Origin: the human T2T-CHM13v2.0 reference genome, Homo sapiens
Length of the DNA: 64,000 bases
Assembly: GCF_009914755.1 (NCBI RefSeq)
Contig: NC_060927.1
Direction: 5' to 3' (one strand)
Below are positions 1 to 14,291 of this stretch, piece by piece. Made by a program: the position numbers and the translations under genes. Below the pieces are notes generated by a model. The model worked only from the letters and a program-made list of their open reading frames with translations, did not search any database and was not told the origin of the DNA. The stretch's first letter is position 1. Each line of letters begins with the position of its first letter.

Positions 1-36
1 ATTATAGCAGAACCAAAACAAATGACAAGTCAATAG

Positions 37-97
37 CTTGCAGATGTAGAAAATGAGGCCCAGAGAGGTTCTGTGAATTATCCAAGGTCACCACAGT
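37..97 (-). mobile_element. MIR fragment
   Basis: cagatgtagaaaatgaggcccagagagg...ccaaggtcaccacag matches the reverse MIR core. Confidence 0.75.
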
Positions 98-2155
98 ATG
101 TTATTTGTGCAGTCTTTTGTGGTGTGTGGGCCTATTTTGCCTCTTTTCCCCTGGGCTTGTCATAACTCTCACAACCCATGTGAGACCTGCAGTGTCCTGC
201 AGACAGCTGAAAAATTTGCCTCCTCTTCTGCTGGATCTCTCAGAAAATACATTTAAGTAAAAGTTTTTTGCTTTTATTTTTTTTTCCAAAACTCATGTTG
301 TTCATTAAAATCGCTATTTAATATAAAAAAACAAATTAAACGGGAGGGAAAAGAAAGCATTTCTTCAATGTTTTTTTTCCAGTTGCTTTTTGTGCAGGTG
401 GGTTGCTACAGGAGTCCCCTCTTCCAAAGCCCATCTGGGATGTTAGTTTAGCTCTATTGATGTTTAAGGCTCTGTCTTTCATCGTAACCACATGCCAAGA
501 CAATAAGTAATTGAACCACATGTTTTGCCTTTTTTAAAAGGTGTAATCTCCTTCTGAAGTGTAGCGATGTTTAGCAGGATTTTTCTAATTTATCTGTCAT
601 CACACCATGTGGGCTAGGCTCCAAGCCTTGACTGCAGTGTCTCTTTATCACCGTCTTTTGATGAACACCTGTTTCCAGCATATAAATATATCTGCTGAGA
701 AGCAAAATTAAAATAATTTCAACAGTATAGGAATAATTAGGAACCTTTTTTGCAAGGTCCACCTGTTCCAAATATGAAAACATAATATTTAGTTGCATAT
801 ACATTCTTTTATCACTATATATTCTTTATGCTAGTTATGTATATATTTGGTAGTAATTCTCTGATATTTCATTAGCTGAAAAAAAATTTTCACTTTTAGA
901 TATTTAATTGTAAGCAATTTTTTAAAAAATCAGAATTTCTTATGCCCATTAAGAGACGAAAGGAAGGAAATTACTCCAAAACTTCTTAAAATAAGAAACT
1001 TTAAAGTGCTCCATTATTTATGTTTGTTATGCTTTTTGTTAAGGACTTAACTTCTTCATGAATAAAAAAAGATTATATGAATCCTAAGTTGGTTATAATA
1101 GATACTATTTTTTAAATAAAAATATGAGTGCCCTTATAAGAAAAGGGTTTTTTTGTTAACGTTTTGTATATTAACATATTTAAATCAATAGATTTAATAT
1201 GAAGAATTATCGTTTTTATGATTCACATGCATGTCTCTTTATATTTAAGGCTTTATCCTTCATGCTTATTCTTGGCTTTCCCATAGACCTTGAGCTGGAT
1301 GGTTTGAGACTTCAAAGTGAAATTACATGGCAACTGAAATCCCTCACTTCAGGAGGCCTTCACCAATAGTGATCCCTGTCCTATTACTACATGAGAGGAA
1401 TTGCCATTTTCAGGAATTCATACTTTTTACAAAAATATTCAGAGTAAGAGAACTTGCTATACAAAAAGCTGTGTAATGATTTAACATTAGCCACGCTGTT
1501 GTTCACTCAGGGTAAGAAGTAACTAGGTATTTATCCAAACACCCAATAAAGCAAATTCACAGGTGAGAGCCAAGTTGATGTAGAAATATATTACAATTTG
1601 TCTTCATTTTCAGAATGTGAAATCTGAAGTGCCAAATTTTTGGTTGTTTTTCTGACAACATGGGAAAAAGTAAATCACCAGTTGCCTGGCCCTTTCATGC
1701 AAAGTTGTACGTGAGGCATTATGTGACTGGTTGCTTTTTAGCAGTCAGGGACATTTTGGGCAATGGTTATATACACAAGACTAATTACACTAATTAGTCC
1801 ACACCAATGTGTGAGCAGTATGCATGTTTTTACAATTAGGATGTAATTTTAAAAAATCATTTATTGGGCACATTTAGAGACACAGCAGTTTTGGATTTAC
1901 CATACAATAGAAAAAGAAATTATCCAAATTGAATAAATGTGCATTTCAGCATGGGCAAATAAATTAATATATGGCTAATGAAACCTATGCTTGTGTCACA
2001 AATATGTACTTGCATAAGAATGATTTTTCTAAGCAGGTGTATGGATTGTAGCTTTTGTGGTCATTAAATTATAGTGATCTAAAAATCACTTTGCTTAATG
2101 CAATATGGCAACATCTCATTACTTCTACTAGCTTTTACTTCTGATGTGGGTAGTT

Positions 2156-2632
2156 GTGTTAGGCAGAATAATGCTCCCCATCTCCCCCAAAGATGTCTAC
2201 ATTCTAATCCCCAAAACCTGTAAATTTGTTACTTTACATCGCAGAAATGCACTTAGCAGATGTGGTTAAGAATTTTAAGATGGGAAGTTTATCCTGGATT
2301 ATCTCAGCAAGCCCACTGTAACCACAAGGGTCCTTACAGATATGAAAGAGAGGCAGGAGAGTCAACGTCAGAGTTGTATGATGTGAGGAAGACTCACCAG
2401 CCATTGGTGGCTTTGAGAGTGGAGGAAGAGGCCACAAGCCAAGGAATGTGGGCAGCATCTAGAATTTGGAAAAGTCAAGGAAATGGATTCACCCCTGAAC
2501 CTCCAGACAGGAATATGGCTCTGCTACACCTTGATTTTAGTTTCTGAGGCCTTCAGAATTATAGTAAATTTGTGTTGTTTTCAGCCACTAAGTTTATGGT
2601 AATTTGTTATAGCAGCCATAGGATATGAACAC
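2156..2632 (+). mobile_element. MaLR solo LTR, MLT1D-like
   Basis: Starts tgtgttaggcagaataatg; contains agccaaggaatgtgggcagcatctaga; ends agccactaagtttatggtaatttgttatagcagccataggatatgaacaca. Confidence 0.85.
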
Positions 2633-2892
2633 AGGTTTTGGTTTTTTGGTTTTTGTTTTTGCTTCTCAGAGCCTCAGATTCCTCATCTATAAACTGCTAA
2701 TAACATTTGCTTGCTATTTTTTGTAAGAATTAATAATATAATGCGTGTGTCTTTAAAATGATCAAAGTCTTAAAAGATAACTTTTTTGTGAAATCAGTAA
2801 AATTATTTCCACAGTAATTGATTGAGAAACTCTGCCAGTATAAATCTCCATCATTTAAATTCTTCCCCAAATCCCTAAGAACTAGCAATTAG

Positions 2893-3556
<664 letters not shown>

Positions 3557-4123
3557 TTACAACATATTGAGGCAGCCAGAGAAAGGGATTAAGTAAATGA
3601 CCTGGACAGTATGAAAAGCCACGAACATAACTGATGTCAACAGGGCAGAAATTATCTTAATAGGGCTGAGGAGAGGAAAAATAGAATCACTAAAAAGCCA
3701 AGTTAGATTATTTACAGCAAAAAACAGCTTAAATGCCCATTAAACACTATTTTCTAAAAAGATGGGTAGATAACTCTTTTACTCAGAGGTATTCAGTGTT
3801 GAATTACTTATATTAGAAAAAAATGAAAACCAATGTAAATGCCCAACAATTAGGGAATGATTAAGTAAGATATGGTTTAACAATAGAATTAGGTGTTGTA
3901 ATAAAGAGTAATTGAGAAAATCTTTTAATCACCTTTGGGGAAAAACAAATACATATATGGACTATTTTATCAACTTTGTAGAAATCCCTTTTAAAATATA
4001 GTAGGAAGAAATTTACAAATAAAAATGTTATCAGTGGTTCTCTCTGAATGGTAAAGTAATGATAGGTGTTTTCTTTTTTCAGTTTTTCCTTTTCCAGTGC
4101 TCTGCTCTTTTTTTCCTTTTGTC

Positions 4124-4430
4124 TTTTTTATTTTTTTGAGACAGGATCTTGCTTTGTTGCCCAGGCTGGAGTGCAGTGGTGTGATTATGGCTCACTGCAG
4201 CCTTGACCTCCTGGGCTCAAACAATCCTCCCACCTCAGTACCTTGCCCCACCACACCCAGTAGCTGAGACTACAGATGCATGCCACCGCACCTAACTAAT
4301 TTTTAAATTTTTTGTAGTGATAGAGTGTCATTATGTTGCCCAGGCTGATCTCAAACTCCTGGCTTAAGTGATCCTGCTGCCTTGGCCTCCCAAAGTGCTA
4401 GGATTATAGGTGTGAGCCACCGCACCCTGC
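4124..4430 (-). mobile_element. Alu (AluJ-like)
   Basis: T-rich tail then gagacaggatcttgc...cagccttgacctcctgggctcaa...gagccaccgcaccctgcc. Confidence 0.92.
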
Positions 4431-4526
4431 CTGAATTTTCTAAAGTACATATACATTGTTTTCTATAATCTCCTAAAACAGCCTACATTTTAGAAATTAT
4501 GTCATACTTTTAAGAATATATACTTT

Positions 4527-4639
4527 GGGAGCCGTGGTGGCTCAGGCCTGTTGTCCTGGTGCTTAAAGAGGAGAGGCTAGGCATTCGAGGCCAGCCTGGG
4601 CAACATAGAAAGCTCTGATCTGTATTTAAAAAAAAAAAA
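4527..4639 (+). mobile_element. Short Alu-monomer-derived retrocopy resembling the snaR/ASR/CAS family (candidate Pol III small RNA gene or retropseudogene)
   Basis: gggagccgtggtggctcaggcc...attcgaggccagcctgggcaacatag plus polyA; perfect 15-bp TSD aagaatatatacttt at 4512-4526 and 4640-4654. Confidence 0.7.
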
Positions 4640-4714
4640 AAGAATATATACTTTTACTGGGCAAGTTTATTCACTGTGGCCATATCCTAATTAATGACCA
4701 TCTTTTTGTCTTAC

Positions 4715-4930
4715 TTCTCATTTAATCCAGTGACATTTATTAGATAGCTCCTTTATTCTGGGCACTTTGCTAGGTGGTGAAAAACATAACAGTGAATAAA
4801 ATATGGTAATTGACTTTTGTAAATTTATAAGCTAGTGGGCAGAAAATACAAATACATAAACATAACAGGTTTAAGGTATAAAGGGAAGACTATAGAAAAA
4901 TAAGAGAAGGTGAGGTTAGGTGCTATGGAA
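4715..4930 (-). mobile_element. L2 3' fragment (degenerate)
   Basis: catttattagatagctcc...ctgggcactttgctaggt...acagtgaataaa resembles the reverse L2 3' end. Confidence 0.5.
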
Positions 4931-5899
4931 GGGGGCGGGGTCTCAGCAGATACTTTAGAGATGACTAGACATAAACAAAGAGACCCAGGGAAGATGGAAG
5001 TATGTGCAGGTAGAGATGTAGGTACAAATGTAGGGGAAAAGATCAAGGGCATATCTGGAGAAAAATGAAAATTTTCAGGGAGTTAGGGTAGAGTTTGGGA
5101 ACAGGAAATCATAAGAGGTTGGAATGAAGGGGGAGCAAAGAGTTGAAGCTAACGAGCTGGAAGACTAGGCTGGTAAATTTGGATATCGGCTTTGTCTATG
5201 CTAACTTCTTGATACTAAACCACCAAGGTGAAAATTTAAGAAGAAAAGGCAGGCGATCATCTGAATATTTGACAGCAAGGTAGTTGGCTAAATGCTTACC
5301 TTTCATTCGAATGTTTTAGTGTATTGAATACACACCCATAGAACAGGTAGATTCCTCCACTGAAAATGTCTCCTGGATCAGGATTTTAAAGAGGCAACTC
5401 CATTGATCTGTTCACTTGTCTCAGTCGTAATCCCAGGATAAATTTTAAGGCAGTACTGTAATTTACTGTAATTCTTGGATTCAAATTCAGAACCCTGAGA
5501 CTGAATTTGTATATTTTTCTGTATTCAGCCAATATTTCCTTTCCCAGCTTCTTTACCTTTTACTTTGTGTTTGCTATCTGTGCCCTCAGAAAAACCACAG
5601 CTCTTCAGTGGGTTAGAATTGTGTCTTCTCATGCCTGTTCTTCTCTTACATTTAGGAATAGAAGGATAACCACACAGGTTTTTAAATAATTGATTGAAAT
5701 CCTATCCATTTGTGCCAATTCATGTGTAGCAACACCTGCTCAGCATTTAGATTTAAAGGATTTCTGTCGGGTTCAGAAACCATTGCCTGAGATATTTAGA
5801 AGGAACATGGCAACATCCTGAGTTCTCCAGTTTTATCTTAGCATTTTTTGCATTTCTGCTACGTTTCCTGATTGAACATATTATTAGGAATAATGTGTT

Positions 5900-6190
5900 T
5901 TTGCATGGCTCAAAATTTAATTCTCCGTTTTAAACTTTCAGTATAAGTGTCTGGACTAAGAAAATATAATCCCTTTTCCTTTTAGATTTCTTTCCCACAT
6001 GGTATTTTAAAGTCTTTTCTGCCTCCATCAGATCTCTTGGCAGTTCACACTCCATTCTCTTAGACTCTTTTTAATGGCATGTTTTCCAAGCCTTTTATCA
6101 TTATTACTACCCTTTGGATTCTTTCCAAATTAGCAATCTTTTTTATATAGAAAGAGCCAAAAATTGCATGCAGTTTTCCAGACGGCGCTT
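5900..6190 (-). mobile_element. CR1/L3-clade LINE ORF2 C-terminal fossil
   Basis: Minus-strand peptide IKKIANLERIQRVVIMIKGLENMP (ORF 6060-6248) resembles the CR1 motif KKDIDKLERVQRRATxMIKGLE; downstream RDLMEAEKTLKY resembles RGDL...KYL. Confidence 0.65.
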
Positions 6191-6659
6191 TAGGAGTATG
6201 GTGAATAATGGGATAATTACTTCCCACGTGAGCTTCAGTGACACCCAAATGGATTCGTAGGCGTTCTCTTTTCCTTTTTTTTTTTAATCCCTAAGGATGA
6301 TGTTCACTAAGAAATGATCAAATCTTTTATTGAGGAAAATTTAATGAGGAAAAGTTTTGCTAAGTAACAAATTAGGTTATGCCAAAATACTGATAATTAT
6401 CTAAAAGATGGCCATTTCTTTTGGGAAGTATTACATTTGGTGGAAATCGTAAGCTCCTTCTAAATAGTATGTTTTGAGTTTGATGCAGTAATAGAGAGGG
6501 AGTAGAGAAATTCTTAAAAATGAGAGTGATTTAGAGTGGGGAGAACAGCATATTAACACCACATTTAATGATGCAGCATTGAAACTTCTATGAAAAGTCG
6601 CCTAGGCGATAAGCAGAAGTGAAATTGACATCAGTTGGCATTGCTTATTTCTACAGATA

Positions 6660-6950
6660 ACTAGATATGTTTATTAAACACCTACTTTGTGCTGGGCATT
6701 GTCCTATATGCTAGGGCTATAGATGTGAATAAAATTGTTTCTAAGTATCAACCAGATTACTTCTTTTTTCTCCTCAAAACACTCCAATGGCTTCTTCTCT
6801 CTCTCTGTAGAATCCACACTCCTAAGTCTGGTGTACAAGGTGCCACATGATCTGATCCCCACCAACTCTCTGACCCATCACCTACCCTCTCCTACTCAAC
6901 TCACTCTGCTGTAGTCACACAAGGCCTCAGGGCCTCTGCATTGAACTGGA
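6660..6950. mobile_element. L2 fragments (minus ~6660-6735, plus ~6750-6950)
   Basis: tttattaaacacctactttgtgctgggcattgt; ctcaaaacactccaatggcttc...tacaaggtgccacatgatctg. Confidence 0.6.
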
Positions 6951-7022
6951 AAGCTGGGGTTCAGGGCAGCACTCTGAAATCACTCTTATTAAATCTTTAT
7001 GCTATGTCAGGTACCATGCTAA

Positions 7023-7422
<400 letters not shown>

Positions 7423-7478
7423 AACTGCTCCTGTTATTTTTATTAGTAGTTGTTAAATATTACTAAAAATTGGTAGTG

Positions 7479-7907
7479 CAGCTGACTCTTGAACAATATG
7501 GGTTTGAACTGTGTGGATCCACTTAAATACAGATTTTCTTCTGCCTCTACCACCCTGAGACAGCAAGACCAACCCCTGCTTCTTCTCCTCCTCTTCAGCC
7601 TACTCAATGTGAAGACAACAAGGGTGAAGACCTTTGTGATGATTCACTTCCACTTAATGAATAGTAAATATATTTTCTCTTCCTTATAATTTTATTTTCT
7701 CTAGCTTACTTTATTGTAAGAATACAATACATAATATGTATAACATACAAAGTATGTGTTAATCAACTGTTTATATTGTTGGTAAGGCTTCTAGTCAACA
7801 GTATGCTGTTAGTAGATAAGTTTCTGAGGAGTTTCTTATGAGGAGTTATAAGTTACATGTGGATTTTTGTCACCACTCTTAACCACTACAACGTTCAGGG
7901 TCAACTG
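7479..7907 (+). mobile_element. Tigger2a/MER28-like non-autonomous DNA transposon
   Basis: Terminal inverted repeats cagctgactcttgaac...gttcagggtcaactg; internal cagcctactcaatgtgaagac typical of Tigger2. Confidence 0.85.
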
Positions 7908-8086
7908 AAGTATTAGACCATTATTGCCATCTTATTAAAGTAGAGAAGTTAGGTAACTAGCTAGTAGTTGGTAGAACCAGACCATTGTGCTCTAAAGATC
8001 CCCTTTCCTTGGCTGGTCTGTTGAAAGACTGAACTGTGGAAAAGTTTGAATTTGGTACCACAAAGTCTGACAATTCATCCACTGGA

Positions 8087-8389
8087 TTTTTTTTTTCTTT
8101 AACAGAGCCTTACTCTGTCCCCCAGGCTGCAGTGCAGTGGCACGGTCACAGCTTACTGCAGTCTTGAGCTCCTGGGCTTAAGTGATCCTCCCACCTCAGC
8201 CTCTCCTGAGTAGCTGGGATCATAGGCACATGCCACCTTGCCCAACAATTTTTTTAAAAAAAAAATTTTGTACAGATGGGGTCTTGCCATGTTGCCCAGA
8301 CTGGTCTTGAACTCCTGGCCTCAAGCGATCCTTCTGCCTCGGCCTCCCAAATTGTTGGAATTTCAGGAATAAGCCACCACAGCTAGGCT
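8087..8389 (-). mobile_element. Alu (AluJ-like)
   Basis: polyT, ctcctgggcttaagtgatcctcccacctcagcc, gatggggtcttgccatgttgcccag. Confidence 0.9.
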
Positions 8390-8794
8390 GGATCTTTTAT
8401 TCCTATATTCAACAGAGCTGCTTTGAGCCTCTTCTTAGATGCAAAGCTCATCAGCAAACAAACTCCTTTCTTCAAAAAACTTTTAATTTAATTTAGTTAT
8501 TGTATGGACGGCAATCATTCAGATGAGTTCCAACTCATCTGACATTGACTTAATTCAAGATGGTTATTTGAACCTAAGTGTTTAATGATCCTTTCCTGAT
8601 TTCTGAAATAAACAAAGAAATATAAATTAGGATGAAAAAATTACATCAGCCCTGGAAAGGGAGAAAAGTTAACCAATAGACCAGAAACTTGGAGTTTGTA
8701 TTATGTTCTACAAATAGAATTGTATAACCTTCAATTTTTGGAGTGCCCCAGGGTGCTGGTCTAGGGGCCTTCTCTCTTCAGTTATACACAGTGA

Positions 8795-9130
<336 letters not shown>

Positions 9131-9144
9131 CCTATCTCTATTTC

Positions 9145-10104
9145 TGCTTTAAATTTTCTCCAGAACTCTAAACTTGTATACCCAAATGACTAGTAGATAT
9201 CACTCATGGACACTCAGATGAGTATGTCAATTTAAATTAGTCAGAACAGAACTCATAATTGCTGCACCCCTATCAAACCTGTCCACTCCTTCAGGGATTT
9301 ACATTTCAGTAAATACCACCACTATTTACCAAATCGCTGGAAAAAAACACTCTAAGTATTATATTTGATTCTGCTCTTGACCTCACTCCCCTCAAATTCA
9401 ATCCATCAGTAAGCCTATCATCTTTACATCCAAAACATATCTGGTAACTTTTCGCCATCTGCATCATCTGTCCTGGTGATGCTCTTGCTTTTTCTAGAAT
9501 AGATTCACACACAGCAGCAGAGGGACATTTTACAATTCAAAATCAGATCATGTTACTCCTTCCCCTCAAACAAACAAACAAAACAAAGACCAAACACAAA
9601 CAATCCCCAAACCCCCACAATCTTAAAACTCTCCAATGGCTTTGCAGTGCACTTGAAATAAACTCTTTATTATAATTTACAAAGTCCTCCTTTATCTAGA
9701 CCCTGCCATGTTTTATCACTTTCTCACTTACAACATATGCTCCAGCTTCTTTCAATTTTTAAAACTTACTGACTCTTTCCCACCTCAGAGTCTTTCTTTC
9801 CTCTCCCTAATATTTGGAGAATCATTACTGATCTTTACTCTGCTGGCTCTTTCTCATCAAATGGGTCTCACTTCTATAGAGCAGCCTTGCCTGCCCTCCA
9901 AATTTAAAGTGGGCACCCCTTCTCTAATTTACTATGTAGTAATTGCCACTGGCCAAATATTTTCTAATTTGTCTTTTCTTTCTTCTCATCTTCTATGAAG
10001 AAAAATCCCCTGAAAGCAAGGACCATGTCTGTTTTGTTTACTGCAGAATTCACTCTACTATGTGGTACAGAGTAGGTACTTAATTAATATTTGAGTGAAT
10101 GAAT
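9145..10104 (+). mobile_element. L2 3' region (also 8740-8795)
   Basis: caatccatcagtaag, aatcagatcatgttactcc, aaactctccaatggctt; terminal gtacagagtaggtacttaattaatatttgagtgaatgaat. Confidence 0.8.
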
Positions 10105-10515
10105 AATTTTATTGTTCTTAATATGGTGTGAATTGTAACACAGATGTAAAAAATGTGTAAGATAATAATTATAATCTAAATGTAAAGGTCATTTCAGCTT
10201 AATCTGAGAAATAAGGTAAGGCTATATAAAAGAAACAAAAAAATAAGATGATAGAAGCAAGACCAAATGATGCTACCTATTGTGATAAATCTGATGAATT
10301 AAACTCCATCATTAAACAAATATCTTCAGATTGGATCTCAAAACATAATCAAGCTACTTGTTGTTTATGAGACATACCTAAAATAGACATAGAAACGATG
10401 AAAAGAAAAGGAAGGTCAAAGAAAAACCAGGAAAATATAAAAACAATGGTAGTGATATCAGACAAAGGAAAAGTGAAAAAAGCCCACATATTTTAAATTG
10501 TTAAAATATACACTC

Positions 10516-11129
10516 AAATTATTTCAACCATTGTGGAAGACAGTGTGGTGATTCCTTAAAGACCTAAAGAGAGAAATACCATTTAACCCAGCAATCCCAT
10601 ACCTGGATATATACCTAAAGGAACATAAATTGTTCTCTTATAATGACACATGCACGTGTATATTCATTGCAGCACTACTCACAATAGCATATACATGGAA
10701 TCAACCTAAATGCCCAGTAATAATAGACTGGATAAAGAAAATGTGGTACACATGCACCATGGAATACTGTGCAGCCATAAAAAGGAATGAGATCATGTCC
10801 TTTGAAGGACCATGGATGGAGCTGGAGGGCATTATCCTTAGCAAACTAATGCAGGAACTGAAAACCAAACACCACACATTCTCACTTGTAAGTGGAACCT
10901 AAATGATGAGAACACATGGACACATAGAGGGGAACAATACACACTGGGGCCTTTCAGAGGGAGGAGGGTGGGAGGAGGGAGAGGATCAGGAAAAATAACT
11001 AATTGGTACTAGGCTTAATACCTGGGTGATGAAATACTCTGTACAACAAACCCCCATGACACAAGTTTATCTATGCAACTAACCTGCACATGGAGCCCTG
11101 AACTTAAAAGTTAAAAATAAAATATAAAA
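10516..11129 (+). mobile_element. 5'-truncated L1PA (older primate subfamily) 3' end
   Basis: caaccattgtggaagacagtgtgg...gcagccataaaaaggaatgagatcatgtcctttg...aacttaaaagttaaaaat; TSD taaaatatacactc / taaaatatatactc. Confidence 0.93.
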
Positions 11130-11547
11130 TAAAATATATACTCCGCAAGGCACCTATATCAATGATACCCTATGTGCATTCACTAACATAATACTGAAAC
11201 ACATAAATCGATACATTTAGAAATTTCAGATTAAAAAAATCATAAAAGTCTCCTGCATACCTCAGAGGCTTTGATAAGACAAAATTGCAGAGGAGCTAAA
11301 CTCTGTAACTGATAACATTGTTTAAATATGTATGGAACTTCATACACCACTAACAGAGAACACTGTGTTTCAGATAGCAAAAGAAAGTTACAAAAATTGC
11401 AAAAAACATTTAAATAAACGCCCAAAAAGTATAAATACTTATTATTTGACAGTGATGCAATGAAACTAGAAATTTAAAATATAAATATATGAAGTCACAA
11501 GAAGAGTAAATACTCTATCAAAAATGTTTGTTAAAGAACTAAAAACT

Positions 11548-11854
11548 GGCTGGGCGCAGTGGCTCATGCCTGTAATCCCAGCACTTTGGGAGGCCGAGGT
11601 CAGGGGTTCAAGACCAGCCCGGCCAAGATAGTGAAACCCTGTCTCTACTAAAGAATACAAAAATTAGCCAGGCGTGGTGGCAGGCGCCTGTAATCCCAGC
11701 TATGCAGGAGGCTGAGGCAGAGAATTGCCTGAATCCGGGAGGCGGAGGTTGCAGTGAGCCAAGATCGACCCACTGCACTCCAGCCTGGGCGACAGAATAA
11801 GACGCCGTCTCAAAAAAACAAAAACAAAAACAAAAAAAAAACAAAAAAACCAAA
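11548..11854 (+). mobile_element. Alu (AluS) with short left-arm deletion
   Basis: ggccgaggtcagggg lacks the ggatca segment; TSD aactaaaaact on both sides. Confidence 0.93.
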
Positions 11855-12008
11855 AACTAAAAACTTTAGCAAGTAATGAAACTAATACATATCAACATTT
11901 ATAAGATGCAGCTATAAATTCACACGGAGGAAAATTCGGACCTTTAAATACTTTTATTATTAGAGAAAAAAGTATTAATGAACTAAGCATTTGAATGAAA
12001 TATTTTAA

Positions 12009-12337
<329 letters not shown>

Positions 12338-12849
12338 ACTTTAAAAGGAATCAAAGAAGCAGGAAAAAACATCAGATGTTACTGAAGAATAAGGCAGTAA
12401 TTATTGAGGTAAAAATGAAAAAAATTGTTGAGGTTGTAATCCTGGAGTTCATTCAAAAGGGCCAATAAGATAAGCAAACTTCAGTTTATGTTGATTAAGG
12501 AAAAATAAGTAATAAAACACAATTTCTAGATATATAAATGGAAAAGGGGTGATAATAAGAGAAATGTTTAAATTAAAATTATATAGCATGTAATTCTATA
12601 TTAATAAAAATTAAAACTTTAATGAAAAGATAATTTCCAAGGAAAGTATAAATTATTTAAATTTTCTAAAAAAGAGTGAATATGATATTCTTGTGTAGGA
12701 TTGTTAAATCTATTTCATGAGTAGGCATTTTTAGTGTTAGTATTAGTTCAGTAATAACTTTCTCCTTTTCTTCTATATTTTTCTGTTTCTATTTCTTCCC
12801 CAAATTCTCGACCATAGTCTAAAAGGCTTTTGTGTAAAAGAACTTGTTT

Positions 12850-13345
12850 CAACTATATTTCTTTGATTATTATTGAGACGGAAATTTTAAAAATCTGTTT
12901 ATTGGCCATTTTATGTTCACTAAGTGCCTATCATTATTCACTAGACAATTTTCTATCAGGTAGTTCATTTTTTTTAAATCACTTTATATATGGCTAGTAA
13001 CCCTTTGTCTATGTGGTAAACATTTTTTTCCTTAGGTTAATTTATGCCTTTAATTGTTTCATTGTACTTTTGTCAGTCAGAAGTTTTTAATGTTAGTATA
13101 GCAAAACATGTCAAACTTTTTCTTTATTTTGTGTCCCATTGGAATTATAGTTAGAACACCTTTCCATGCCTCAGGATTATGTAAAAATTCATCTACATTT
13201 TAAAGTATTGGCATATTTTATATTGAATACTTGCCTTTGATTCATCTGCAATTTACTTCTGTGCGAGGTAGAGATAAAACTTTATTTTCTTCTTCATGTA
13301 TATTTAGCTATTTCAATATCACTGACTGAGTGATGCTCTTATCAC
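12850..13345 (-). mobile_element. Old L1M fragment
   Basis: T-rich strand with tctgtttattggccatt, accctttgtc, cagaagtttttaatgttagtatag resembling reverse L1 ORF2 3' region. Confidence 0.55.
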
Positions 13346-13346
13346 T

Positions 13347-13750
13347 TGATATGGTTTGGATATTTGTCCCTCTAGATCTCTTGTTGGAATGTAATCCCCA
13401 ATGTTGGAGGTGGGGCCTGGTGGGAGGTTTTGGGATCATGGGGGCAGATCCCTCATGAAAGTCTTGGTGCTGTCCTCACGACAGTGAGTAGTTCTCATGC
13501 GATCTGGTTGTTTAAAAGTGTGTGGCACATCTCACCTTGCCCTCTTGCTCCCACTCTCACCATGTGACACGCTGGCTCCCCCTCATCTTCTGTTATGACT
13601 GTAAGCTTTCTGAAGCCCCCACCAGAAGCAGATGCCAGCACCACAATTCCTGTCCAGGCTGCAGAATGATGAGCCAGTTAAACCTCTTTTCTTTATAAAT
13701 TACCCAGTCTTAAGTATTTCTTTATAAAAATGCAAGAATGGCCTAACACA
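13347..13750 (+). mobile_element. MaLR solo LTR, MSTA/MSTB-like
   Basis: tgatatggtttgg...aaacctcttttctttataaattacccagtct...gcctaacaca; TSD tcact/tcaat. Confidence 0.92.
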
Positions 13751-13799
13751 TCAATCTATTAAAAATTGCACCTTATTAGTATGCTAATATCTTCTAAAA

Positions 13800-14136
13800 C
13801 AGCGGTCCCCAACCTTTTTGGTACCAGGGACCCATTTCATGGAAGACAGTTTTTCCACAGATGGGAGTAGGTATGGGATGCTTTCAGGATGACACTGTTC
13901 CACCCCAGATAATCATTAGCTAGATTCTCATAAGGAGCATACAACCTAGATCCCTTTTATGTGCAGTTCACAGTAGGATTCACGCTCCTATGAGAATCTA
14001 ATGCCAATGATAATCTGACAGGAGGTGGAGCTCAGGAGGTAATGCCCGCTTACCTGCCGCTCACCTGCTGTGCAGCCTGGTTCCTAACAGGCCATTGACT
14101 GGTACCAGTCTGTGGCCAGGAGTTTGGGGACACCTG
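13800..14136 (-). mobile_element. MER1B hAT-Charlie MITE
   Basis: TIRs cagcggtccccaac / gtttggggacacctg; perfect 8-bp TSD ttctaaaa at 13792-13799 and 14137-14144. Confidence 0.92.
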
Positions 14137-14291
14137 TTCTAAAAAATATACTCAAATTTTTTTCTTAAATTCCATTAATCAGTTTAACTAGTCCAGCATC
14201 AGTATCATACTCTTTCAATTATTATTATTATGTAATGTGTTGTTTAGTAAAAGACATTTCTCCACGTCATTTAAAAAACAACCTTTTTTGA

